Assembly (NCBI GenBank): GCA_004431415.1 | Contig: QPMI01000510.1 | Span: 62,001-126,000 of the forward strand | Direction: 5' to 3' | From: Cyanophora paradoxa CCMP329 | Lineage: Eukaryota; Plantae; Glaucophyta | DNA: 64,000 nt | Part shown: one piece after another, positions 35,420-47,619 of the stretch | How the letters are laid out: each line of letters opens with the position of its first letter | Numbering within the stretch: position 1 is the stretch's first letter | Notes under the pieces: model-generated | Told to the model about the DNA's origin: nothing | The model's database searches: none | Seen by the model: only the letters and a program-made list of their open reading frames with translations | Made by a program: the position numbers and the translations under genes

Positions 35420-38006
35420 TCACTTGCCCTTGCCGCCCTTGGCCTTGCCCTTGGCCGGGGCCGGGGCGGCCTTCTTCGGCTCCTCGGCCTTCGCCGGCGC
35501 AGCAGCAGCGGCGGGGGCGGGGGCGGGGGCGGCGGGGGCGGCCTTCTTGGCCTCCTCGGGCTTGCCGCCGTAGATGCGCCCCAGCACGCGGGCGCACGTC
35601 AGCTCGAAGCTCGCGCTCGGCGTCAGCCCGCCCTCTGCCCGCGAGGAGCGCGCGCGTTCAGAGCCCGACTGGACCGAAAGGAAGGCGGGGCGGGGCAAGG
35701 CGCGTACGGGTCGCCTCGGGGGCCGCCTCGGGGGCCGCCGCCTTGCCGTCGTAAACGCGGCCGAGGATGCGGGCGCAGGTCAGCTCGTAGGCCGCCGCGT
35801 GGGAGAGCTCCCCGGCTGCAGCCGCCGCGTCAGCGCGGAGCGGGCGGGGCGGGGCGGAGGGGGCCGCGCGGGGCGCACTGTGCGGGGCGGGGGCGGGGGC
35901 GGGGGCGGGGTGCTTCTTGGGGGAGGCGGGCTTGGCCGGCTCCTCCTTCTTGGGCGACGCCTTCGGCTCCTCCTTCTTCGGCGTCCCGTGCGCCGCCGCC
36001 TTCGCCTCCTCCTGCGCCCCGCGTCGCCCGCGAAAGCGGAGCGGCGCCCCAGCGGCGCCCCGGCCCCAGCCACCTTCTTGGGGGTAGCGTGCGCCGCAGC
36101 GGGCTTCGCCTCCTCCTGGATCGAGCGTCAGAAGGGGCCCCGCGGGGGACCGGAGCACGCCGATGCGCGAGTCACCTTCTTGGGAGTGGCGTGGGCGGCG
36201 GCCGGCTTGGCCTCCTCCTACAGGGCGCGACGGATCAAGAGTCGAAGCGCGCGAACGGGGCGCGGTATTCACCTTCTTGGGGGTCGCGTGGGCGGAGGCC
36301 GGCTTGTGGTCGTCCTTCTTGGGCGTGGCCGCCGGCTTGTGCTCCTCCTGCGCAAGTCGCGATAAGCCAATGCATCTGACGCGCACTCTTTTCGATGCCC
36401 CGAGGCGCCTGTACCTTCTTCGGGGTGGTGGGCTTGTGCTCGACGGGGGCCGCCTTGGCGTCGTAGAGGCGGCCGAGGACGCGGGCGCAGGTGAGCTCGT
36501 AGGCCGCCGCGTGGGAGAGGCCGTCTGCGGCCCGGTGAGCGGGCGGGGCGCAAGAGAGGGGGGCGGGAGGGGGGCGGGCACCGTGGGCGCCCTGCGGCTT
36601 GCCGCGCTCGAGGCCCGAGAGGCGCCCCGGGGTCGGCTTGGCCTCCGGGGTCCCCTTCACGGGCTCCGCGGCGTGCGCCGGAGCGGCCGCCTTCTGCAGC
36701 TTGCCCGGCGTGTGCTTCTCCTTCTCCGCCGGCGCCGCCGGTGCCGCCGCGTGGCCCTTCGAGAACGCCGCGATCTTGTCCTTCGCGTTCACCTGGGTGC
36801 GGTGTCAAGGCGGGGGGACGAGCGGCCGGGGGCGAGGCGCACGGCGCGGAGCTGGGCGAGCTCGTCGGCGGTGGAGGAGGAGGAGGCGGAGACGGGCGGG
36901 GCGGCGGGCGAGGCCGGCGCGTGCGCGTGGCGCGCGGGGCCCGAGGCCGAGGCAGGGCGGCCGGCCGGGGAGGGCTTGGCAGCCGGCGCCGGCGCCGAGG
37001 CCCCGAGAACATCGCCCGCAGCGCCTTCGCGTTCACCTGCGCGGGGCCGGCCGGTCAGGGCGCGGGCGGGCCGGGCAGGCGCGGGGCGGGGCGGGACGGG
37101 GCGGGCTCGCCTGCTTGAGAGTCTCCTTGTCGTCCTGCGGGGTGGACGCGGAGGCGTCCGTCGTGGCCGGGCGGCCGGCGAGGCGGGCGGCTTCGGCTTG
37201 GCGGCGGCCGAGGGCGAGGCGTGGTGGCCGGCCGAGACGCGGGGCGCGGCCGAGGCGGACGCGGGGCGCTTGGCCGGGGCGGGGCTGGCCTGCTCCTTCG
37301 CCGAGGCGGCGCTGAACATGGCGCGCAGGGCCTTGGCGTTAACTGCGGCGAGCGCCTCCTTGTCGTCCACCGCGGCCGTCGCCGACGCGTCCGGGGAAGA
37401 GGAGGCCGCCGCGGGCGCCGCCTCGATCTTGCGCGACGACGAAGCGGCGCTCGCGGGGCGCGCGGCCGGCGTCGCGGGCTTCGGGACCGCCGCCTTGGCG
37501 CCGGCCGCCGCGAACAGAGCGATCTTGGACTTGGCGTCCGCGGACTGGCACTGGTCGCGGTCGTCAATCTTCTGGTTGATTGAGGCGTCGATCTTGTCGG
37601 GAACTGCCGCCTTCGCCGCCGGCGGGGGCGACTTGCTCGGCGGCGGCGCTGTTGGCGTCGGCACGAACTTCTTGGCCGTCTTGGACGAGCCGCCGTTCGG
37701 GGCGCTCGGCTTCTCGGCTGCGAGAACGCGCGTGAGCGCCCTGTCGGCGTGCCGGGACGCGCTATGCCTCCGTGTTCGAAGTGTACGTGGCAACGGGCTG
37801 TCGGTCGGAGGCGGCCGGTCGGGGGCGGTCGGCACACGAACCTGGCGTGTCCTTCTTCTCGTACATGGCACGGATCGAGTTCGCTGCGCCCTGCGCCGCC
37901 CCGTTACGTTGCTCTCGGCGGCTGGAGGTTCGCATCGGGAGGCGTTGTCCTGTTCTCGCACCTTCTCGGGCAGCTCCTCCGGGACTACTTCGTGCCCGGT
38001 CGCCAT
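35420..38006 (-). CDS. Ala/Lys/Pro-rich low-complexity protein with repeated short motifs
   Basis: Exons rich in A/K/P and TPKK. Three copies of (Y/F)ELTCAR(V/I)LGR(L/V/I)Y and four copies of AK(ALRAM/SKIAL/DKIAA)F-type motifs. Confidence 0.7.
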
Positions 38007-38326
38007 AGTTCCGTCAGGGCCGACGCGTCGGCTGGACGTCAGAGCAGGGGCGTCAGAACGGAAGCGCCGACACCAGGTTGCGTCGCGCGCTTGAATCGGC
38101 GGTCTGAACCAGCCGGGGGCCACCGCACCTGCTTGCTGGTTGGTTCGAAGACTGCGAGGGGGGTACTGACTTGTAGGTCTCACGGGTCGTGCAGCGGGTC
38201 GTCCGTGCAGGGAGCGAGCAGGTATGCTCTGTGCTTGCAACGTACCTGACCCCGCGCGTGCTCTGCACCACGTGGCTTGACGAGAGACAGTCTCGCCGCC
38301 AGGCAGCGGCAGGCGCTTAGCCAGAG

Positions 38327-41300
38327 ATGTCCACGACAAAGAAGGCGAAGTTCGTCATTGCCCCGTTCAAGGTGCCGCGCCCCCACGTCGCGCCTGGGCC
38401 GTGGTCATCGTCTGAGCATTCGTTCCATCCGCAGCAACAAGTAAAGATCGACCCGGTTGGCCGCTCGCGCGTCCACTGAGCGCCTCTGCGGCTCACGTTT
38501 CGTGCAGAACTTCGCCGAGAAGACATGGGCCACGCTCAAGGAGGCCATAGGTACGCCGCGTTCTTATCCGGGGCGCGCAGCCGCGCCCCTCGCCATTGCA
38601 GCTCAAGCTTGATTGCAGGAGAGATCTTTAAGCACAATGCCAGCGGCCTCAGCTTCGAGGAACTCTATCGGTTTGCAGTTCGGATCAGTTCTCCTCAGTG
38701 ACGGGTCCTGAGCTCCCGCCCCGCGTCGCAGCAAAGCGTACAATCTCGTGCTGCACAAGTATGGCGAGATGCTGTATGACGGCCTCTACAAGACTGTGCG
38801 GGAGCAGCTCAACACGGTCCAGGTGGAGCTGGCGAACTGCAACGACGACCGGCTTCTCACGGATCTGAACAAGAAGTGGCAAGATCACAAGCTCTCGATG
38901 ACCATGATCCGGGACATCCTCATGTACATGGTGCGCCCCCCCACCCCTGAGAATTTGTCCGCGCATCCGCCGGCCGCATCAACCGCGGGCGGCTATGCGG
39001 CCCCCTTCTTCCTCTTTAGCGGCGCCTTGTCTTTCTCTTCGCGCATGTGACCGCGCGCTCTCCTTCGCGCGCGCAGGACCGCACGTACGTGATGACCCAA
39101 AAGAAAACCCCCGTCTACGAGCTGGGGCTGGAGGTCTTCCGCGACGTCGTGACGCGCGCGGAGCGCATCCAGAGCCGCGTGCTGCACCTCATCCTCAGCC
39201 TCATCCACAAGGAGCGGACCATGGAGATGGTGGACCGACCGCTGCTGAAGCAGGTCATGCAAATGTTCGTGGAGCTGGGCCGCGAGACGGTCTACGTGGA
39301 GGACTTCGAGTCCTACTTCCTCGCGGAGAGCTGCAACTTCTACCAGATCGAATCGCAGCAGTTCATCGCCTCCAACTCCTGCCCCGACTACCTGAAGAAG
39401 GTAGGCGCCCCGCGGCGCAGCCGGCGCGGCGCAGCCGGCACGGCGGCGCTGAGCGGGTGCGCCGCGCAGGCGGAGGCGCGCATCAAGGAGGAGACGGCGC
39501 GCGTGGCGCACTACCTGGACCCTTCGACCGAGCCGAAGATCCGGAACACGGTGGAGACGGAGCTCATCGCCAAGCACATGCGGCACCTCGTCGAGATGGA
39601 GAACTCCGGTCTCGTCGCGATGCTCAAGGACGACAAGATAGAGGGTGCGCCCGATCGCCCGACCGCCCCCGCCCCCGCCCCCGCCCCCGCCCCCGCCCCG
39701 CCGGCGATTCGCCGCCCCTCCGGACTTGATTGAGCGGGGCGCGCGCGCGCAGACCTGGCGCGCATGTACGACCTGTTCCGGAGGGTCCCGCAGGGTCTGA
39801 ACACGATGCGGGACGTCCTCGGCACGCACCTGCGCGCCGTCGGCAAGGCCGTCGTCACCGACGAGGAGCGGCTGAAGGACCCCGTGCGCCCGCCCCAGCG
39901 GAACCTCGCGGGAGCTCTCTTGCTGACGCCGCGGCGCTCCCAGGTCGCGTTCGTGACGAGCCTGCTGGAGCTGAAGGACAAGCACGACCGGGTCATCCAG
40001 CAGGCGTTCGGCAACGACAAGAGCTTCCAGAACACCCTCAACCAGGTGCGGGCAGCCGTGCTGGCGCCCCCCGTCGGCCTGCGACCGCGTAGCAGGCGTT
40101 CGAGCACTTCATCAACCTGAACAACCGCTCGCCCGAGTACATCTCGCTCTACGTGGACGACAAGCTCCGCAAGGGCCTCAAGGGCGTCAGCGAGGAGGAG
40201 GTCGAGACGACCCTCGACAAGGTCCGATCCAGCCCAGCACCGTCGACACTCCCAACGAATGTAACCCTGCGGGCCTTCCCGCAGGTCATGATGCTGTTCC
40301 GGTACCTTCAGGAGAAGGACGTCTTCGACAAGTACTACAAGCAGGTGCGCCGCCGGCGCCGGGCGCAGGGCGGCGGGCCCTCTGCGCGGCGGGGGCCCCT
40401 GCTCACGGCGGGCCGGGGCGCGCAGCACCTGGCGAAGCGGCTCCTCACGGGCCGCTCCGTCAGCGACGACGCAGAGCGCTCCCTCATCTCCAAGCTCAAG
40501 GCGAGCCCGCCCGCCGCCCCGCCGGCCAGCTTGGCCTGGCGGGCCCGCCGCGCCCCGCTGGCGTCTGAGGGCGGGGCGGCGGGGGCAGACGGAGTGCGGG
40601 TACCAGTTCACGTCGAAGCTGGAGGGGATGTTCAACGACATGCGCCTCTCGCACGACGCGATGGACCAGTTCCAGGCGCACCGCGCCAACGCCAGCGCCC
40701 AGGGCCAGGGCGACCTCGTCCGCCCCGCCCTCGCCCTCGCCCCTGCCCGGCGCTGCGGTCCGACGCCGGCGCAGCTGCAGGGCGTCGAGCTGCAGGTGCA
40801 CGTCCTCACGACGGGCTTCTGGCCCTCGCAGGCGGCCCCGCAGTGCACGCTGCCGCAGGTCAGTCGAGACCCGCGCCCGCGCCCTCGCGAGGCGGGTGCC
40901 GACGAGCGCGCGCAGGAGATCGTGCGCTGCTGCGAGGAGTTCGCCAAGTTCTACCACACGGCGCACACGGGGCGGCGGCTGACCTGGCAGACCAACATGG
41001 GCACGGCCGACCTCCGCGCCTACTTCGACACCAAGCGGCACGAGCTCACCGTCAACACGTACCAGGTCCGCTCGCATCACAGATGTGAACGACGCTGCTC
41101 TCCTCATACGACGCGGCGGCGGCCAGATGTGCATCCTGCTGCTGTTCAACAGCGCGGAGCGGCTCTCGTACGGGGAGATCAAGCAGGCGACGGGGATCCA
41201 GCCGGCGGACCTGAAGCGGAACCTGCAGTCCCTCGCCTGCGCCAAGTACCGCGTCCTCAACAAGGAGCCCAAGGTCCGCCCGAGCCTCACGCCCGGCCCT

Positions 41301-42141
41301 CGAGGCGTCGCGCCCGACCGCGCCCTCCCCTCCTCCTCCCAGGGCAAGGACGTCGCCGAGACCGACAGCTTCTCGTTCAACGGCGGCTTCCAGGTGCCTG
41401 GGATCGGATCTCAAGCCGACGCCCGCCTCGAGCCGGGCCCTGACCCCGCCCCTTTGCCTCCAGTGCAAGCTCTTCCGCGTCAAGATCGGCACCGTCTCCG
41501 CCCAGAAGGAGACCGAGAGCGAGAAGCAGGAGACGCGGCAGAAGGCGAGGCACCCCCAGTAGCGATGCAGGATGCGGCGCGGGCTGAGCGACCGCCGGGG
41601 CGCGCAGGTGGACGAGGACCGGAAGCCGCAGATCGAGGCGGCGATCGTGCGGGTGATGAAGTCGCGGAAGACGATGGAGCACAGCGCCCTCGTCGCCGAG
41701 GTCACCAAGCAGCTCCAGGCCCGGTCCGCCGCCCCCCGGCCCCGCCAGACGCGAGCCCTAGATGCCGCCCGCTCCGGCGCTAGACCGCGGGCACTGCGGC
41801 GGAGGGCCGGTCTGCCCGCCCGTGGAGGCCGAGCTCGAGGGGGCGTCGCCTAGAATGCTAGGACTGGGGCTAGGCGCTCGGCCACGCGCCGCCGCCCCGA
41901 GCCCGAAGAGCCCGAGAGGGCCCCTGGGCGCGCCTCCGCCGCTCGCCCAGCGCCGGCTCACGGGCCAGCGCAGGTTTCTGCCCAACCCGACGATCATCAA
42001 GAAGCGCATAGAGTCGCTCATCGAGCGCGAGTTCCTCGAGCGCGCCGGCGAGGGCGGGTGCGCGCCTTGCTCCTGCTCTTCCGACTCGGGCGCCGTTCGC
42101 CGATCCCTCTTTGCAGGCGGACGTACCGGTACCTGGCATAG
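38327..42141 (+). CDS. CUL3: Cullin-3
   Basis: [106 protein letters not shown], neddylation motif [29 protein letters not shown]...YRYLA*. Confidence 0.97.
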
Positions 42142-42663
42142 CTCGCCTTATGCGGCCCCTTCCGCCGCATTCCCTCCTCTCATTCCCGCCGACCCCGCTC
42201 CACCACCCTCTTTCCTCCGCTTCTCTGCCTACTTCCCGCGGCCCTCACGGCCCCGCCCGCCCCGCCCTCCCCTCCCCCTGCGGTCAAGGCGACGCGTCCC
42301 CTGCGCTGTACAGTACTCGCCGCAGCCGTCGCCTCCCACCCGCGCCCTCCCCGCAATCCACTCTCCCTCATCCTCCCCATCCTGTCGTCCTCGTCATTGC
42401 CCTTCACGGCCCGCCTGTCCCCGCTCCCCCGCGCCGCTGCTGCCCTTGCCCTCCTGTGTACTGTGCATATTGCAACAGCCTTGCATGAGAGAGCTCCAGC
42501 TGTCAATGTCCAGCTGCCAGCTGGGGAGAGGGGAATCGCAGAGATTCGCAGCTCGAATTCGAGGGGGATACCAGTTTGCTGAAATTCGAGCGAGGCGCGT
42601 CGCCGGATTGAGGCGCTTCGCGGCGCGTCGGCGTCACCTGCAGAGCTCACGCGCGCAGCGCAG

Positions 42664-43627
42664 ATGGCCAGCCGCGATACCGACCTCCCGATGGACGAGT
42701 CTGGGAAGGTACGCCGGGATTTTTGCATGCGTGCGCCTGCAGCTGTCCATGGAGCGCTAGCGCTAGCCTGCACGGCGATGTAGTTTGATCTTAGCGGCGC
42801 CGGTCACCGGGTCTCGGCGTAGAATTTCGCGGCGATCGCGAGTTCGAGCCTGCAGCAGCGCGATCGATGCTCGAGCTCTGATTTTCGCGGTCGATGTCGC
42901 GGCAAATCTGACGCGCCGTGTCTGTGCAGCCGGACATGCAGGCGTTCGTCGGAGAAACCTCGCCTTTCACGCATCAGGTGCGCTCTTCGAGTTCGAGAGA
43001 TTTCGCGCAAATTTTCACGCCGCGCCGCGCCGCGCGCGCCAGCCCTACGAGGGGTTCACACAGACGCCGGGATCGCATGGGCACGAGGGTGCGAAATTCC
43101 GATTAAGCGCAGAAGGCCTTTCTCCGCTAGCGCTGACTTCGATTCCCGCGTATATTCGCAGGCTGGACGCACGAGAAGCACGTCGGTGAGCATCCAATAT
43201 TTCAAATTAAACGCGTACACATACGTATACTTGCAATTGCGATTTCTCAGAGCGATCTCAGAGGCGGGGAGGAAGGCTGCCGCGGCGCTCTCGCACGAGG
43301 AGCGTCAGGAGCGCGCCCGCAGGGGCGTCGAGACTAAGCGCCAGCGCGGCAATCTCGGCTCTGGTTCGCGTTTTCATCCCGACGCCGACGTCGTTTTTGC
43401 GGCACTCGCAGTTCGCGATCGTGATCACAGCGCGCTTTTGCAGGAGGGGATGCCGAGCAGGGCGATTTCGCGCCGCCGCGCGGGGAGGAGACCCGCCCAG
43501 ACCAGGTAAACTATTGCCTCTACAAGTTCGAATGCGGATCATCGGATAGAAGAGCTGAGGACGCGCTGGGCGACAGGACGTGGTGGAGCTCGACGAGGGC
43601 GAGGAGGCCAACATCGACACCGCTTGA
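42664..43627 (+). CDS. Small hydrophilic protein with a KGG/LEA-like stress motif (tentative, micro-exons)
   Basis: MASRDTDLPMDESGK then a GT donor. Exons PDMQAFVGETSPFTHQ, PYEGFTQTPGSHGHE, AISEAGRKAAAALSHEERQERARRGVETKRQRG and DVVELDEGEEANIDTA*. Confidence 0.45.
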
Positions 43628-43888
43628 ATTCGAACATGTACAGCTGTGCGCGTCACTGAGCACGTCCGACGGTCACTCGGCGACGCTCGTAGCGCTCATT
43701 TCTAAAGCGGACGCTCCCGCCGCGCCCCGCGCCTCCCATGCAGCTGCAAGGCCCGCGCCGAGCCCGCGTCACACGTGTACAGCATGTGTAATTATAAATG
43801 TGAGAGATTCGAAGTCGATCCGATCGATGAGCGCCTTTCCCTTGGTTCTGACTGTCTAGATCGAGCTAGGTCTACGCCTTGAGCTTGC

Positions 43889-46800
43889 CTAAAGCCCCTC
43901 ATAATCCATACTCCAGCTGCACGTCCTGGCCGCGCCGAGCTCGCCCCGCCCGTGCGCGAACTCGCACTCGATGTCCAGGTACCTGCGCGCGCGTGCGCGG
44001 ATTAAATTAGATTCGCGGCGAGGGGCAGGGTCGGAGGGAGGGAGCTGGAGGGCGCGCCGGCCGCCGGAGCCGCCGGGGCGGATGGAGATGCGGCCCTCCA
44101 CGCGGTCGTCCTGCTCCACCTGCGCGCCGGGCGCGAGTCGCGAGGCGCCGAGACGCCGGAGGCTGAACAGCGGGGCAGGCACCTTGGGCCCCTCCAGGCA
44201 GAGGAGCGTCTGCTTCCAGTGCTGAGGCCCGGCGGGTCATTGCGAGCGGAGGAGAACTCTAGGAGGAGCTCTAGGAGAGCGCTGGCGCTCTGGAAGGGCG
44301 AAGGGGCACCTGGGGCCCGACGCGGGGGTGCGTGGAGAGGACCACCGGCCCCTTGCCCTGCGCTCCGAGCTGCCGCTCAGCGACAGTCGCGAGCCAAACT
44401 GAAGGCAGCTGCAGGCGAGCGGCGCCCGCGGCTTGGCCTCCCAACCAAACCACTTCTCGTCTTCCCGCCCGCTCTAGCTCCTTCTGCTCGCGTGGGCGGC
44501 GGAGGCGGACCTTGCCGGCGCGGGAGCCGCGGAACTCGACGTCGAAGAAGAGCGCGAACCCGTGCAGCGCCCCTGGGGATACAGGGTCGAATGACGGGGG
44601 GGGGGGGGGGGGGGGGAAGAGGCGGGCGGGGCGGGCGGACCGGCGGTGTCGCACTTGAATGCGAAGGAGGCTGCGAGGCGGGGCGGGCGGGGCGGGAGGG
44701 TCGGAGTCAGTGAAGAAGCACCGGCGGCGGGGCGCGGCTAGAGCTCGAGCGTCGAGGGCGGGTGCTCCTGCGCTGCTGCGATCTAGCGCCGGCCTGGCGC
44801 CTCTGGGGGCGCACCGCGGGACTCGGCGAGCTCGCCGAGGGTGACCGCCCCGCAGTCGATCTCCCGCAGCAGCTGCCCCCGCGAGCCCGACGTCAGCCGG
44901 GGCGGAGGCGCGCGGGGAGGCTTCGGCGTCCAGCCAGCCGCGCCCGCATCGTCGCCGCGCGGCGGCTTCCGGGGCGCACGGCGGGCGGGGCGAGGAGGTT
45001 CTCGGGGCCGAGGAGGTCCACCGCGGGGCGCCCCATCACCGCCCGCCGCGCCACGCCCCTGCCCCACGCCCGCCGCTCGGAGGGCGCGGAAGGGGGAGGC
45101 GAGAGATGGCGAAGGAGGAGGGGCCGAGGGAGGGGTACGCACACGAGCGGCTCCATGCTGAAGCCGTGCACCTGCGCGCGGGAGCCGTGAGGGGCGGCGC
45201 GGGGCGGGGCGGACGCCGCGGGGCGCCGGGAGCTAGATTCACGGGCGCGGCGGGCCCATGTCTCGGGGGTCGGGGGCGGGGCGCCGCAGGCTGGAGTCTA
45301 GGCCGAGGACGAGGGCGGGGCGGGGTGGGGCGGGGGGGCGGGCGGGGCGCACGTCGCGCCAGTAGTCGATCTTGTGCTGGAAGTACCTGCCGGGCGCCCG
45401 CGCCTCAGCTCGCGGCCCGGAGCCCCGGAGCAGCCGGCCCGCTCGCTTGAGCTCCCGCGGCAGCTTGCAGCCCGGCTAGACCCCCCACGGCCCGCGCGGG
45501 GCGGGGCGGGGCGGGGCGGGGCGGGGCGGGGGGCGCACTCCTCGTCGGAGAAGGGGGCCAGGTAGAGCCGCGCGTGGCTCGGCATCATCTGCAAGCGCGC
45601 CGGCGCCCGGGGCGGAGGGGCCCCGCGTCGGCGGCCGGCGGGGCGGGGCGGGCGGGCGGGGCGGAGGGGCCCAGCGGAGCTCGAGGTCGGGACGGGGCGC
45701 ACCAGGCCGCCCTGCTCAGGGCGTCAGGGCAGCGAGGGGAGAGGGTGCGGGGGCGAAGGGCCGGCGGGTGCGGGAGGGGCACCGGCTTGAGGAAGCGGTC
45801 GCGGGCGGCGACGACGGAGTGCAGCATCGACTCGTACAGCAGCCCGTACCTGCCCCGCCCGTGAGGGGGGGGGGGGGGGGGGGGGGGGGGCGGGGGGGGG
45901 GAGGAGGCGGGGGTCGGGGCGAGGCCGGGGGAGGGGCGTTTAAGGGGGTAGGCGAGTTCATAATCACGAGGGGGCGGGGGCGAGGTGGGGGTCGGAGAGG
46001 GAAGGCGGAGTGGGGCGAGAGCGGGCCGCACCCCATCCACTCCGACACGATCGCGTCCACCTGCACGCGCGCCGTGCCGTACCCCCGCGTCAGGAAGATC
46101 GGCGCCCGAGGGATTCGAACCCCGGCGCGCGCCTTCTCGGGCAGCGACTCGACGTCCTCGACGCGCCCGCGGACGACGGAGATCGTCTCCTGGAGCCCGT
46201 TCGCGGCCACCTGAGCGGGGGGAGGAGGGGGTACGGCATCAGAATCCCGCGAGATAACGAGCAGCTTGGGCCGCACGATGGCCTCCGCGTGCCGCGCGAC
46301 GTCGCTCGCCTCGCACGCGTACACCTGAGCGCGGGGGTACGCATTCAGACGGAAAGGGGGGTACCGGGGAAGCGGGGCCCGCCTTCCTGGCGCCGGCGCG
46401 GGCGCAGAAGAGGGAGAGGATGCCCGTCCCCGCCTGCGCCCCGCACTCGGGCGAAGGCGATCGCGAGGGGGGCGGGGGCCCCGGGCGGGGATTCGGCATA
46501 CCCCGACGTCCATGACGGCTTTCCCCTTGAGGTCGGACGTCGCGATCGCGTCGCGGTAGGCGAGCGTCCGGCGGTCGTCCTTGAGCATCTCCTCGTGGAT
46601 CTCCTGCGCGCGCGCCGCCGCCGCTCGAGGATCAAATTTCCGAGGCTCGAATCGCCCGCCGGATCAAATCTCTCTGCACGGCCTCGGACGTGGAGGGACG
46701 CACGAGGGACGCGTACGATCCGAAGTAGTGAGCGTCTTCGGCCGCGTAGAAGAGCGGGCGCTGCACGGACACGCCTCCGGCCGCAGCCCCGCTCGCGCCC

Positions 46801-47284
46801 GCAGCCGCCGGCTCGGCGTCCTTCTCGCCGCGCCGCCGCTTCGGCGGGTGGCCCGCCCCGCCGCTGGAGGATGCCGCGACGGTGCCGCGAAGCTCGAGGA
46901 CCTCCGGGCGCTGCTGCACGAGCTCGCGGACCGACGTGAGGATCGCGGTCGCGGTCGCGCCGGCGCCCTCGTCGCTGTAGAGCGCCTCGGCCGTGAGCAC
47001 GCGCTTCATGACCGCGCGAATGTCCTGCGACGCCTGCACGAAGAATGCGGCGTCGGGGTCGACTCCGGGCTGCTGCTCCGCGAGCCTGCGCGTTCCGAGC
47101 TCGGGCCGCGGCGCGAGCGGCCGGCTCCTCCGCGGTGATCCCCGACGCGTACGCACTCGCTTGGCTTAAGGGACGAGAGCTCGATCTTCAGGACGTCCGC
47201 CAGCACGGCCAGCTCCTTCGCCAGCGCCGCGCGCCTCGCTCCCGCGGGGCTGCCGGCTCCCGCGTCCGCCATTGTCGCGTCCAT
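43889..47284 (-). CDS. Protein arginine N-methyltransferase, type I (PRMT6-like)
   Basis: YFGSY, IHEEMLKDDRRTLAYRDAI, motif I VMDVGAGTGILSLF, VYACEAS, double-E loop VDAIVSEWMGYGLLYESML, ARDRFLKP, LHGFALFFDVEF, HWKQT. Confidence 0.92.
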
Positions 47285-47619
47285 CGCTCTCCTGTCGACG
47301 TCTGTTCCGTGCGTGCTCCGAACGAAGCTGGTCGCGCTAGCTAACTGCTGCAAACAAGTGCTGTACCCGTGCCGCGGCAAACGGCGCCAAACGCCAGCGC
47401 AGCGCTAGCGCTAGCTGCAGCGCTGCGCATGCTCGCGCCGCGCCCTATATTAGCTAGGCCTAGATCAACTCTGCAGCGCGCCGCCGGCGGGCGCCCCAGC
47501 CCGGCTGGAACTTCACATGCGTGCTTGCGGGCCGCGCGCGCGAGGGGCGCCGGCCGGGCCGGAAAACTCGTCGACGATCGCAAGCCTTTCAAGTTTGGCG
47601 AGAATCAGAGTGAAAAGCT

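Noticed and set aside
38327-42141. Functional ubiquitin-ligase cluster (CUL3 with nearby Kelch and F-box genes)
   Set aside because: The Kelch protein shows no BTB domain, F-box proteins partner CUL1, and these families are common enough for chance proximity.
1246-45901. Long poly(G)/poly(C) runs as special elements
   Set aside because: They lie mostly inside introns as extremes of the general C-rich intron bias, and homopolymer lengths are unreliable in assemblies.
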